DNA from: Sphagnum compactum
Taxonomy: Eukaryota
Length of the DNA stretch: 64,000 bases
Direction: 5' to 3'
Assembly: GCA_965153455.1 (NCBI GenBank)
Contig: OZ234493.1
Location: forward strand, 17,412,213-17,476,212
Shown here: positions 36,061 to 49,140 of the stretch, in pieces
Numbering within the stretch: the stretch's first letter is position 1
How the letters are laid out: each line of letters begins with the position of its first letter
The notes under the pieces: generated by a model
The model's input: only the letters and a program-made list of their open reading frames with translations
Told to the model about the DNA's origin: nothing
The model's database searches: none
Translations under genes and position numbers: made by a program

Positions 36061-36292
36061 ATGGATTCGAGGATTACCCAAGGAATTTGGTGCGAAATAT
36101 GCGATTGGACTCTTCAACCGGGCACAAATTTGGAACAGCACAATTCCGGACTTGTGCATCGAACCTTGTTCGATGCCGTCGCGCGATTAGCGCCCGGCAA
36201 GTTTCTGGAATTCAGGGATGCGGTGACCTCCAGCAGTCGTAAAAAAAAGTAAATTTGCACTCAAGCGGGAGTTGCGGAAGGCTGCAGCCCAG
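36061..36292 (+). pseudogene. Paralog of exon 1 (zinc finger) of the TET/JBP-like gene; +1 frameshift in an A-run
   Basis: WCEICDWTLQPGTNLEQHNSGLVHRTLFDAVARL vs RCDICAWTLQPGTDVEQHNSGLLHRTLLDASARL; ends KAAAQ|GT like KAALQ|GT; downstream exons not recognised. Confidence 0.8.
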
Positions 36293-37745
36293 GTGAGCTT
36301 TTTCTCTTTCTTATCGTAATTGCCAACACTCTTTTATTTTTTTAAGGTTGTTACCAATACTTGTTTTTTCCTGTCTTTCACATTAAATCTCTCGACAGAC
36401 ATATGTATAGGCTTCGGCAAAAACACCGTAAGTCTTCGACTGACTTCTGTCCATTTTTAAATAAAGGGGTACTTTATGTTATTCACGATGTCAATAATAG
36501 TAGGATGCTATATGTTGGTCTTTTCGTTTCCTATTTCTGTTGAAATTGGGGCTCTTTACTTGAAGTCGTAGAAGCTTGATTATTGTGTGTCGGAAATTCC
36601 AGCTCTGCCAAATCCTTTGATCTCCCCAAATTCTCAGGTATTTTTTCTGGTGAAAATTTGGTGGTTAATGTTATCCTTTCTTCTCGTTTCCTGTGGAGTC
36701 TCTTTGATCTGCATATTCTTTGCGGACGATAAGAGGAACTTGGGGTCAAAACCTATAACAGAAAGGGTGATGTTATTGGGAACATAGGGAACATACCAAA
36801 AAGCCATTGGCCATTTGGTGGGAACTTGAAGGAATCGTAAGGAATGCATTCATTTAGGAACACCAAATCCCAAAATTTGACCCCCTGTCTTGTCCCTACC
36901 CACTCCACAATCAAAAAACAATATTAAAAAATATATATATATATATATCCCTTTCCCTTCCTCCTTCCACATGTCAAATGAAGGCCCAAAAAAAAAAACA
37001 TACACCTCCACCCCCCTCCCCCTCAACAGTAAACAAAAAAAGAAAATAATCAAGGTGCACCCTTTCCCTCGTCTCCACAGTAAAAAGTAATTTCCCTAAA
37101 ATTACAGCCAGTAACAAAAAGTAACAAAAAGTAACATCTCTTACCCCTAAACCCAGTAAAAAATAACTGTCAAAACTTACCACCAGTAAAAAAAAGTAAC
37201 TAAAAGTAACTAAAGTCAACAAAAACAGCCCGGCACCATGTTGAAACAGCCCAGCACCATTGTGTATAAAACCTGGTCAAACAGCCCCCAGCCCCCGGCA
37301 TTATGCCCATGATGCTCGGATCATACCTTAAGGAATTTTTTTACATCATTGGATTCAGAACACTTGAAAATGGGGGGGTAGGTCATCTCCAAATATTAAA
37401 AAAAAAACCGCAATCAGGTCAAAATGCCCATCAAACACAAAAACCCCAAATCTCGTATATCTTGAAAACGTGACACTTTTAAGCAAAAATAACTCCACCA
37501 CTAGCTTTAAAACACATGAAAATGGGGGGGTAGGTCACTTCAAAACTTTCAACATGTATCATAATTAACCCTTTATGCCCTCATCTATCAACCCCCCCTG
37601 AAATTTCACACCCCCCGTATCTTTCAAATGGTGATAGTGTAGGGGAATTTTATTGCACCATTGGATTCAGAGCCCTCAAAAATGGGGGGGTAGGTCACCT
37701 CAAAACCCCAAAAAAAAAAATTCAATTTTGGTGGGGACACACATG

Positions 37746-37771
37746 TAACCCTAAACCCTAAACCCTAAACC
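37746..37771. repeat. Interstitial plant telomeric repeat (CCCTAAA)x3
   Basis: TAACCCTAAACCCTAAACCCTAAACC. Confidence 0.8.
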
Positions 37772-40050
37772 TGCTTTCCCACTTATTGCGCTTTACGCTG
37801 CTTTCCCTACTTACCCGCTTACCGCGATTTATCGCGCTTTACCGCGCTTTACCCCGCTTTCTCCCGCTTTTTCCCATTTATTCCGCTTTATCACGCTTTA
37901 TCCCGCTTACTACGCTTTACCTCTTGCTTTCCCACTTATCGCGTTTTACGCCGCTTTCCCCTACTTACCCGCTTACCGCGCTTTATGTCGCTTTACGCCG
38001 CTTTACCCTGCTAAACCCCGCTTTCTCCCGATTATTCCGCTTTATCGCGCTTTATCCCGCTTACTGCGCTTTACCTCCTACTTTCCCACTTATTGCGCTT
38101 TACGTCGCTTACCCCCGCTTACCGTGCTTTATCTTCCTTACCGCGCTTTACGCCGCTTTACCCCGCTTTACCCTGCTAAACCCTGTTTTCTCCCATTTAT
38201 TCCGCTTTATCACGCTTTCTCTCGCTTACTGCACTTTACCTCCTCCTTTCCCACTTATCGCGCTTTACACCGCTTTCCCCCGCTTACCGTGCTTTATTTT
38301 GCTTACCGCGCTTTACCCCGCTTCACCCCGCTAAACCCTGCTTTCTCCCCCTTTCTCCTGTTTATTCCGTTTTATCGCGCTTTCTCCCGCTTACTGCGCT
38401 TCACCTCCTGCTTTCCCACTTATCGCGCTTTACGCCGCTTTCCTCCGCTTACCGTGCTTTACCCCGCTTTACCCCGCTTTACCCTGCTTTACCCCGCTTT
38501 CTCCCGCTTTCTCCCGCTTTCTCCCGTTTATTCCGCTTTATCGTGCTTTCTCTCGCTTACTGCGCTTTACCTCCTGCTTTCTCACTTATCGCACTTTACG
38601 AAGCTTTCCCTGCCTTACCGTGCTTTATCTTGCTTACCGTTTTTACTCCGCTTTACCTCGCTTTCTCCTGTTTTCTGTCGCTTATTCCGCTTTATCGCAC
38701 TATCTCCCGCTCACTGTGCTTTACCCCGCTTTTTCTCGCTTATCGCGCTTTACCCCGCTTTCTCCCGCTTATTGCGCTTTATGTCGGATTACCGCGCTTT
38801 CTTCCGCTTTGTCCCACTTATTCCGCTTTATCGCGCTTTCTCTCGCTTATTCCGCTTGATCACGCTATCTCCCGCTTACTGCGCTTTACCCCCGCTTTCT
38901 CCCGCTTACTACGCTTTACGCCGCTTTCCTCTGCTTATCGGGCTTTATCTTGCTTACCGCGCTTTACCCAGCTTTCTCACTTACCACGCTTTCACGCGCT
39001 TTCTCTTGCTTACCGCTCTTTACCCCGCTTTCTCTCGCGTATCGCGCTTTATCCGCTTTCTCTCGCTTATCGCGCTTTATCCGCTTTCTCCCGTTTACAT
39101 CGCTTTACATTGCTTTCTCCCGCTTACTGCGTTTTACCGGCCTTTTTCTTGCTTTACTGCGCTTTACCCCAATGTTAAGCTTATTTGCTTTATCCTTCTT
39201 TATGCAAATCCTTTTGCTTTCTCCCCTCCTTATGCAAAATTACCTTATAACTTTTCTCTCGCCCTATTCTTTCTATATTTATCGCTTCGCGTTTTTACCG
39301 TTCAAATATTCTCCTGCATCGCTTCTACCTTTCATAACCTTTACGCTTCCCTTTGCCCCGCTTCTCTTAAACCTTTTCGCTTGTGCCCATCCTTTCCATA
39401 ATTTCCCGCTCTCTCCAAATTTTGCTAAACCTTTTTACTTTTCTTCCCTTTATGTTATACTTTTTTACTTTTCACCCTTTTTTGTCAATTCCTTTTATGT
39501 CTTTCCTTGTTATTCTCCCTTCCCCCCCCCCCCCCGCTTATTATAACTTTACTCAAAAGATTACGTCATCCCCCTTTCTCAAACCCTCTAACCGCGCATA
39601 AAAATTATTTTCTAACAAAATTACAAATATTTGTCTCTAAATCCTGTACTTTAACACCTTCCTCTATTCATCTTTACCCCGAACCTTCCACTTTACCCCT
39701 TTCTACTCCTTTTTCACCAAAATATTCCAATTTACCTCGCTCTACTCGCCTTTACCCTAATTATTCCGCACTTGCCCTGTTTTACCCCGATTATCCCCCT
39801 TTGCCCCGCTCTACCCCCTTTTACTCTAAATATTTAAACCCTCGCCCGCCCTATTCCGCTTTAACCAAAATATTCTGCGCACTCCCTCTCTATTCACCTT
39901 TGCCCAAAATATTTCGCCTCTCGCCAGCCCCGCTCCCCTTTCACCAAAATTACCCTTTTTTGCTTTTATTTCCTCAACTTCCCCACTTTTTCCGCTTTTC
40001 CAATACTTCTATCTTCCCCCTCTCCCCGCTCCCCTGCTTTTGTATTCCGC
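37772..40050. repeat. Long degenerate ~10-bp minisatellite
   Basis: CGCTTTACCC/CGCTTTCTCC/CGCTTATCG variants; ORFs here are low-complexity artefacts. Confidence 0.9.
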
Positions 40051-42699
40051 TTCGAGTTTTTTGTGTTATCTGAAACATTGTGTCCACATGAGACCCGCAA
40101 ACTTTGAGTTTCCCTCTTCATCAGGGCTCCCCGCAGGACTTTATTGTCGTCAGCTTTGGTTATACTTCTTTTGTTCCAGACACCTCCTTTGTCCAATGAA
40201 TTTGAAGACTCCTACGATTTGTGCTTGCCATGTTCAGAACGGTGTCCATTACCATTTGACCCAACATGTGGAAATTCCTTCTAGAAACACCATAAAGATG
40301 TCACTTTCTTCCTGAACTCATCTCCTTGTCAAACGGATGCACTGACTCCCTGCTGAAAACACCGACGACGGTCGGATTTGTTGTCTCACCCGATCCCTCG
40401 GTTTTGTTGGACTTTCTTCCACGAAGCAAGCCGAGATGATTTGACGCTGAAACGTAACAGATGTTCTATCTGCTGTCATTAGTAGTGCTTACGATTACTA
40501 GGTCTAGATTTCTCGTGCTAACAATTGAGTATATAATCGCGGCGACCCCGCCCACCCGAAGTAGACCTCTGATTCTTCTGGACGAATGGTGCAGGTCCTA
40601 CGAGAAGTGTGCATAAATACTTGGCTCCACCGAATGGTTTAGTGGAGAAGGAGAAAGTGGCCGGAATGGATTCCTGTATCATATAGTCAGACCGACCTTT
40701 CATGGAGGAGTGGGTGCATGGTTTTGTTTCGAATCTCGTTGAGCCATCCTCCTGAGTCGGATTTTTTTCCTTGTCAGCGTTGAGCAGAAGCCCGAGAGTG
40801 TTATTAATTCACCGTTGTACATCACCGAGTCAAATATCCTCGGTTCCCATTTGAAACCTGTTGTTCCTTCATGCTTCTGCCAAACTATGAGAATTCCTTT
40901 CATCTACGAAAAACGAGGATTGTTGCATCCAGGTCTGCATGGTTAGGGTATGTATCCATGCTCCCCGTTAGGATAGGGAGCTGAATCTTTCCGGCGATTG
41001 ACTCTTTCGAGAGAGGATGTGTCTCTTTAACGGTTAGGAGGGGTGGTATCAGAAGAATTTGATCCATTCCTTGTGCAGGGAAATTGGGTTGCTTAGCTGC
41101 CTGGTTTTCTAACCTTAAAGCTGAGATTTCCGAAAATCCTGTTTAGATGCTCAAAGCCTCTTTGTCTAGCTCCTCCTCATATACCAATACTGGTGAGAAG
41201 CTGAGTCCATCTATTACCAGGAATAAAACCTTATGTGATTCTAGATGTTCTTTGTACACCATTGGAATTACGCCAAGAACGTCTGGCAGCTTACTCCCAT
41301 CCTCCCATCTACATAGAAACATAACTAAGTTTGATGTTTATATAATTTTTTTCTCGTTGCTTCTGGTAGAACATAATTAAGTTTGATGCTTATATAATTT
41401 CTTTCTCGTTGCTTGTAACCCTCGTGGCTAAACCTTGAGACCCTGACCCCCCGGGTAAGGGGTCAAACCCTACCCGGTTCTCAGAAATTAAACTGTGGTT
41501 TGTTTATCTTTGTTTACTTTCCGATTTGTTGGGTTTATTTTCTTGTATTGAGAACTTCATCTCTGGATGTGGAATACACCCCTGTCACGTTGTGGAATCG
41601 ATACGAAGATCGGCTTGGGTACCTTGATGCTTTGCATTCCGTCTCCCACCGGTGTTCCTGACATGTGCTTTCAAAGTTAGCATCCCCTCCTTTTCTGCCT
41701 GCTGTTTTTCGTGTGTTAGTAGGGTACCCGGTTTATCGAGTGAGCTGTGCAAGCGGAAGGAAAAGAAACGATGAGTGCAGAGAGAGTGATGGATGGGCTT
41801 ACTGTTGCCACTCTTATGTTGCGTTCATGTTAAAAATTCTAGATTGAACTACCGAATCCCTTGCATGGCTGCTATATTCGGGTCTAAGCACGTGCTGCTG
41901 CAAGTAGCGAGTGGAGAGGCTGTGGTAGGGAAAAGGGTTCGCGCTTTGTGCACCGTGCCGTACCTTGCTTGTTGATGGTGCTGGCTGCTCTTTTTCCTCT
42001 GCGTCTCCCCCCGATGGGGAGACCGCATCCAGATTAATTCGTATCTTAAATTCTAAGTCGAATGGGCTTCAACACCGCCGTACGGGACCCGTGAGAGTTG
42101 ATCGCATCTGACTGATTATGGCACGATGGTAGTGGAAGACCCGACGTCGGAAGACTCGCACAGCCCACCTCCCGACTTACTTGTGAGAAGTATTCTATGT
42201 CGGGTTCCCATGCCCGAATGGGCAAATGGCAATAGACAAAAACCGTGATGAATCCGCACTTGACGTCGACGGATCTCCGTGCATGATTAGAGACTTGAGG
42301 ATTCATCCTCGTATGTGTGGTGAGCTGCCTAGCGATCTTTACGTTCAAATTGATCGTTTTCTTTTGTCACGAACGGCAAATGAACGTGCTGGATTCTCCG
42401 TGTGGATTATGAACTAACGATGCTTGTTCTGCCTCCGTTGTCAAAAATGTACCTGGTGGATTCTGCACGGAAGATGAACTCGAGACTGATGAGCTCGAGT
42501 TGACGATGTCTGTGCCGTTGGGCTATTTGAAGAAGGAAACATGAAACATGACGATAAGTGTCTCTGCGACTACTTTTGCTTTCGCTCCTGTGGTCCCTCT
42601 TCTCTGCCGACCTACACAGATACCGAGACCACGAATAGATGGGAGTATAATAAGGGCTAGTCGCCCTGCTCCTCCCACATCCGTACCCACGATTGCCCC

Positions 42700-44760
42700 T
42701 GTACTCCACCCGCTTGAGTGATGATGACCGATTGCCTGTCAACCCGTAAGTGGGGTGCCACGCAGGAGTGGATTTCCGGCGAATGAAGAAGCGTTAAACC
42801 TTGTGGTAAGAACTGTTGGAATGAGGCCCTGCAAATTGTTCTCGGAGACGTTGAAGGTCTCAAGGTTGGTGAGACCGCCCGGAGTTCCTGGAATGGAACC
42901 GTTGAGCTTGTTATTTCCGAGATCCGAATTCTGCGACGGTGTCAAGTTTCCCGAGCTTAAAGGGATGGTCCCTTGGAAAGCATTCTGTTGCAGAAAAAAC
43001 TCGTGAAGCTGCTCTCCCTCTGAAACTTCCGCTGGGATTTCTCCCATCCGATTGTATCTGTCCGGACTAAGATAGGACGGCCTGCTATAGTTTGCCAGGT
43101 CTGGAGGAATGCTGCCAGAAAGTTGGTTCCTGCCGACGTCAGGTTCTTCGAGGTTGGAGAGTGCACCGAGCTCCATTGGGATCCACCCGTTAAGCTGATT
43201 GTTCCTCCGCGACGGAACTGCAAGATTGAAGTCCTTGCCGATTGGCACGGGTATCTGGCCAGAAAGAAGATTGTTGGACAGAGACGGAGAAGATAACTTT
43301 GAGAGGGCACCGAGATCTGTCGGAATGGTGCCGTTGAGGCCATTTCCCCTGACAAAGAAAGCTTCCCGGCCGGCAGAAGTAGCAAATCCTACAGGAATTT
43401 CACCGATCGGTCCACCGGATAGTTGTTTGCGAGACAGAAACTCTGCAGATTGCTAAGTGAGGTGTATGAAGAAGGAATGCTTCCTGTCAAATTTTGGTTG
43501 CTGAGATCCGGCGTTTGCAAACGTACGCACTTTCCCAGCTTAACAGGGAGGTTTCCAGACGGTTGGTTCCCACTCGAGTCCAGAAATTGAAGATGCTGGA
43601 GAGACCCGAAAGATGAGGGGATGGTACCTCACAGTTGATTTCTTCGCAGATTGAGAACTTGAAGCTTGTAACAAAGAGAGAGATTTCCGGGAATCTATCC
43701 GGTCGGATTATTCAGAGCCCCTGACAAAACATTCGATTTGGAAAGTCGTCCGAACTCCGCAGGAACAGATCCGGACGACTGGTTTCTGTCCGAGGAGACG
43801 TACGTCGGATTGACCGTATCTCCGATGCCTGTGGGGATGGAACCTGAGAACTGATTGGAAGAGAGGGAGGGAATCTGAAGAGCCGTGAGTTGTGTCCGGT
43901 TCCATGGAATAGATTGGTTGAGGCTGTTCCCGTGCAGGTCCAGGATTTGCAACATCTTCCAACTGAAAATGGATGGAGGAATGCTACCGGAGAGAAGATT
44001 TTGCGAGAAATTCGAGTTCTCCAGGTACACGATCTGGGTGCCGAATGTGGATGGAATGGGACCGGAGAAAGAGTTTCCACCCGTTGAAACTTCCGGTGAG
44101 GAAACCACGTTGCCGAGCTGCTCTGGCAGGGACCCGTTGAGTTGATTGTTGTCCCGTTGCAAGATTTGAAGCTCCGCAAGATTGTTGAAGTTCAATTTTA
44201 TGGCACCTAAGAAACCGTTGCCTCCCGGGCCTAAGGTTTGAAGCTTACTGCAATTGCTGAGGTTTCATGGAATTGTGCCGGAGAGCTATTTCTGGTTCCA
44301 CGTTAAGTCCTGAAGATTCGACGAGCCACTTAGCTCTGATGGCAACTCTCCGGTGAGGAAGTTTTGTTGGAGTGCTACGGTTGTGAGAACAGAACGATTT
44401 CCCACGCCTGGTGGAATGGTACCTGTGACGAGATTCCTCGACCGATCGAGGATGCGCAGTCTTTTGAGATTACCGATCTGAACTGGTATGCTTCCTGTGA
44501 GACTCTTAGATGCCAGATGTAGAACCTCCGGCTGCTGCAGAGCTCCTGATCCGGTGACGATCTCGGCTGGAATGGGATCGGAGAAATCGTTCTCTTACCA
44601 GTAGAGAGCTCGCAGTTGTGAGCAGTTAGCGAGCGATGGCGGAATAGTACCGCTCTAATGATTTCCTCGAAGTCTTAGGATCTGAAGTTGTCCCAATTTC
44701 CCCACTGCCTCTGAAAGGTATCCTCGCAATTCAGCTCCGTGCAGATGAATCGCTGACACA
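42700..44760 (-). pseudogene. Intronless LRR receptor-like (kinase) ectodomain pseudogene
   Basis: Many plant LRRs (NQLNGSLPEQLGN, NLLSGSIPPSI, NQLSGSIPPDLAN, NKLNGSIP); C-cap FNVSENNLQGLIP...FNASSFAGNPLL; many stops and frameshifts; no kinase recognised. Confidence 0.9.
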
Positions 44761-45298
44761 CTGCGAGCGTAGTGCGCAAATCATATGTATAGGGACCCTA
44801 AAAAAAACTCCGTACCTCCACCCCCCCTCCCCCTCAATAATAAAAAAATAAAAAATCAAGGTGCACCCTTTCAAGTTCCCCCCTTGCACAATGAAACCAG
44901 TAATTCCCCTGGCCCAGTAAAAAATAATTGATCATAGTTACCAGCAGTAAAAATAGGTACAAAAAGTAACAAACCTCACCCCTTTCAATAGTAGAAAGTA
45001 ACTTCTAAAATTTACGAGCAATAAAAAAAGTAACAAAAAGTAACAAAAAATGAAAAAGGTCAACAAAAACAGCCCGGCACTTGCCCTCAACAGCCCGGCA
45101 CTGCTGTGTATTTTTCCCAGTCAAACAGCCCACAGCCCACGGCATTACACCCATATCCATCCTTGCCAAACCGCGTATTGCTAAAAAACCGCGATTCGTT
45201 GTTGCAAAAATTGGGTTTGCCAAATCCACCTTATTCAAACCCGGTTTCCAAAATTCGCCTTATTCAAACTGGCTTTGCAAAATCCGCCTTATTCAAAC

Positions 45299-46117
45299 TG
45301 TCGCAACCCCACTTTGTCCAAGTGTGGGGGTGAAGCCCAACACTTGGAAAAGTTGGAGACTTGAGTTCTCCGGGACTCCCGAATGTTCAGAGCTCGACAG
45401 CAAGGCCCAAAACACCTCGCATTGAGGTGTTCTTGGTGTCATTGGAAAGGTCTTGAAACGTAGATATCGAAAATGGCCTCGCATTGGCCATTCGGACATC
45501 TGCAGCCCAAGTTATGGGCAAAAGAAAGGCCGGGAGTCAAACTGGCAGTTTGACTCCCGACCACTAAAAGTCGAGAATCGACCCTTTCCCGACGTCGCCT
45601 GAGAGAGTGCGACATGGCGCTGGAAAGATCTCGACGAGGGCTACAACTTTGGTTCAGACCTCATCGCGATCGGACTTCGGAATCAGGAGTTATGACCGGT
45701 CAAAGTTCCGAGAGTCCCGCCGGGACAGTTTCGGGACTCCATTTCGGGAGTCCCAAAAAAATGTGCCATTTGGATGTAGCCTCCGTGGCGAGCTGCAGAG
45801 AATACTATAAGGGGGAAGGTGGTGGCTTCCCCCGAGTCCGGGCCGTGGTGAGTCAAGTAATCCAAAATGCCCGTGGCTTGTCCCAACACCCAAGGGTGTT
45901 CCCGAATGTGAACTAACCCATTTGTGGTTAGTTTTGGATGCAGATTCGTGCTTGATCTACTAGTCCATCTTCCTAGTCTAATCCTGGGGCTTCCAACTCG
46001 ACCCTCTACCCCTTTCTAGAGTTGGAAGTCGGGAGCGTGCCCTTCGGTCCCAACTTTCCGCAACTTCACATTGGTGAACCTTCAAGTGGGTTCACCCTGG
46101 GACCAAAGAGCACGTCA
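45299..46117 (+). mobile_element. Solo LTR (819 bp) with 5-bp TSD
   Basis: TG at 45299, CA at 46116-46117, TSD CAAAC at 45294-45298 and 46118-46122; the flanking minisatellite is continuous once it is removed. Confidence 0.9.
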
Positions 46118-48429
46118 CAAACCGGCTTTGCAAAATCCGCCTTTACCAAATCCCGCTTTGTTAAATTCGCCTTCATTAAAATCGGGTTTTCCTAATCCCG
46201 CTTGGGAAATCCACCTTAACAAAAAAACATTAACCTCCACCCCCCTCCCCCTCAACAGTTAAAAAAAAAAAGGAAAAAAATCGAGGTGCACCCTTTCCCT
46301 CGTCGCACAATGAATACAATATAGACCCTAGCCCTTTTCAACAGTAAAAAGTAATTTATCAAAGTTATAAGTAATAAAAAAAGTAACAAAGAGTAACAAA
46401 CCTTACCCCTTTCAGTAGTAAAAAGTAACTTACAAAACTTATGAGCCGTAAAAAAAATAACTAAAAGTAACAAAAAATGGATAATACGACATGAATTCAC
46501 GATCTTCGAGTTTGGAGCCTAAAACATTATGCTGAAACAGCCTGGCATTATTGCATTGCGTTTTTATTGTGGTCAAACGGCCTGCGACTTTATCTTCCTT
46601 ACCGCGCTTATGAGTGAAATGCCCCGACCAAGAGTTCTGTATGTCACTTTATTGTTTTTGCGAGGACCGGACATGATTCTAGCCAGGTTGTGGATAGTAC
46701 GACATGAATTCACGATCTCTCAGTTTGGAGCATTTGACCGACATCATAAACTTGCCCCCTACAAGGTTTAGTGCTTTTACAACACTTTGACAATGTGTTC
46801 AAGGTTAAGTGCTGATTGAGTGTTGATATAGTCATTGATATGATGTCATGACTGCATTGTAACACGCTGTGATGATCAAACATTGTGTTACGATGCCATA
46901 ATAACATTATCTCAATAATTTATTAACACTTAACTAACACTTAACCTTGAACACATTGTTAAAGTGTTGTAAAGGCATAAATACATGGTGGGGGAAAGTT
47001 TGTGATGGAGGTATGTACGTAATCTGCTATTTCTGGCCCTGGCCTGTTCACCATAAGTGGATTCTAGATAAGAAGCACGTGCCCTTGCTACAGCACGTTT
47101 GACATTAGTATAAGGGGCCCCAACCCCTTCGTCGTCGAGCCACAACTGCACGTTCTGGAGCCGACATTGTTGGTTATCGTTGGGCACACTAAGCATTTGG
47201 AGTTGGGTCTGGCAGGCACAGTACCACAGACGATCTGGAGTGGACTCCCCTACTCTATTGTAATACTTGAGAGTTTGTTGCCACGAGAAATGCTCCGATG
47301 GAAACCTTCCAAACTCACCCCACACAGCAAAAGTGCTTGTTGTTTTATTGACCCCAATATTCCTCTCAGGAACATTCTGTGAGTGGTCACCCTCTGGGAG
47401 TGAGTGGTCGCAATGAAGGACGAGCCATTGCCAATTCTGGCTGCACCCCAATCAAACCTATTGAGGTTGGAATGGCCACTTGGAAGGCCATTAATTCCCT
47501 TCGGTCCTCCCGGGACCCTAGTATTCAAGATAGGATTGATCAAGCCTTTAAGGCGGAATGGTGCCACTTAGGCATCTTTGGGGTTGAATGCGTCACCATC
47601 GTGTGGTGCTTCTTGCCCCCCTTGTATTTCTTGGATTTCTTTCATGTTTGATGGGGCTGCTGCCTCCTTCCCCTCTCAGGGTTTCTTCTGTGTACTTGTT
47701 CTACTTGTTGCAACCCTTTCGCCCCTGTACGGCCTGTCCCCGCCTCCCATGCATGGCTCAGTATTGGGCGTACCGATGAGTCGAGCGACTGGCACATTAC
47801 TTCCGGATTTGTTCCTTGCTATTCGTTTTGTACTTGTTCCTTGCTATTCCTTCCCTGCATCTTGCAAACCCAAGAAAAGGATCGAAGGATAAAGAAAATG
47901 TACTACCACAGATTGAAAAAAATAGGAAAAGAAAAATAAATGATAAAAATTAAACAAATAAATCAAAATAAATGAATAAGTAAAACCAAAAAATACGACA
48001 AAAAAAACGATGAGAAACATTCGGTAAGGAGAAGAATATGGAAAAGGGGGAAAACTGAGGATTCCGGTAGAAGAGGGGAGGATGAAAAAAAGGGGGAAAA
48101 ATGCCTTTTAGAAGTCGAGGAAAAAAATAGAAGAAAAAAAGAAAGATAAGAAGATAGGAAAAAATCCAAATTGGAATAGCCTGTGGTCTCATGATAACAA
48201 AAAAAAAAAAGCCACAAAAACAAATCCTTTGGAAGATGTACACAACAAAACCCCAAAAAAAAAAAAAAAAAACTGTTCTTTCAACACAAAACCCCCTCGC
48301 CGAAATATATATATACCGTTGACCTCTCGCAATCTATGGAAAAAAAGTTTACCATTTCAACACCTCAGCCCCTGCATTTTCCTAAAATAACCTTCACCTC
48401 TTGTCCCACCTCTCTTCCGAAACCCCTCA

Positions 48430-49140
48430 CCGTTACGCAAGTTATTGCCAGAATCTGGCATAACGCCCGACCCCAGAAGGTCGGCACTCTCATATGGCTC
48501 ACTTTAAACCGGGGTCTCCCGGTTGGCACATGGCTACAATGCATGGGGATCCTCCCCACGTGCAAGGTTTGCACTGAGGAGGCCCCTGAATCCCCTCAAC
48601 ACTGTCTCCTCGAGTGTCCTCGCGCCAAACGGGCTTGGGAGGCCTTCTATCACATATGGCAAAAATGGGGAGCGCCAAATGACATCATTCTTTCCTGGCC
48701 TTTCGTCATGCTTGGTGAAGCTGTTTTCGAGAGAGAAGATGACCCCCCTGGAGTCCAAGGGTACCATGTAGGAGGCTTCTCCTACATCAGACAACCGCTT
48801 GACATCCTTCGCAGTTTTATCCTCTACTTTCTTTGGACAGAGAGATGCCGGAAGCATTTTGATAACCAGTATTCCTCTCGGAAAATCCTTCAACAAGCCT
48901 GGGTTGCTACCGTTGAGGTTGGAATGGCCACTTGGAAGGCCATTAATTCCCTTCGGTCCACCCGGGACCCTAGTATTCAAGATAGGATTGAGCAAGCCTT
49001 TAGGGCGGAATGGTGCCACTTAGGCATCTTTGGGGTTGATTGCGTCACCATCGTGTGGTGCTTCTTACCCCCCTTGTATTTCTTGGATTTCTTTAATGTT
49101 TGATGGGGCTGCTGCCTCCCTCCCCTTCTGGGGGTTTCTT
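48430..49140 (+). mobile_element. 3' end of an L1/Tx1-type LINE ORF2 (zf-RVT region); smaller pieces at ~30745, ~47460, ~50515
   Basis: IWHNARPQKVGTLIWLTLNRGLP...CKVC...ESPQHCLLECPRAKRAW...LWTERCRKHF. Confidence 0.85.

Noticed and set aside
37786-39546. Long ORFs (425, 211, 198 aa), and similar ones at 27696-29398
   Set aside because: Stop-poor translations of the CGCTTT minisatellite in several frames; no protein signal
41900-42700. Kinase domain following the LRR pseudogene
   Set aside because: No GxGxxG, HRD or DFG motifs recognisable in the frames I read
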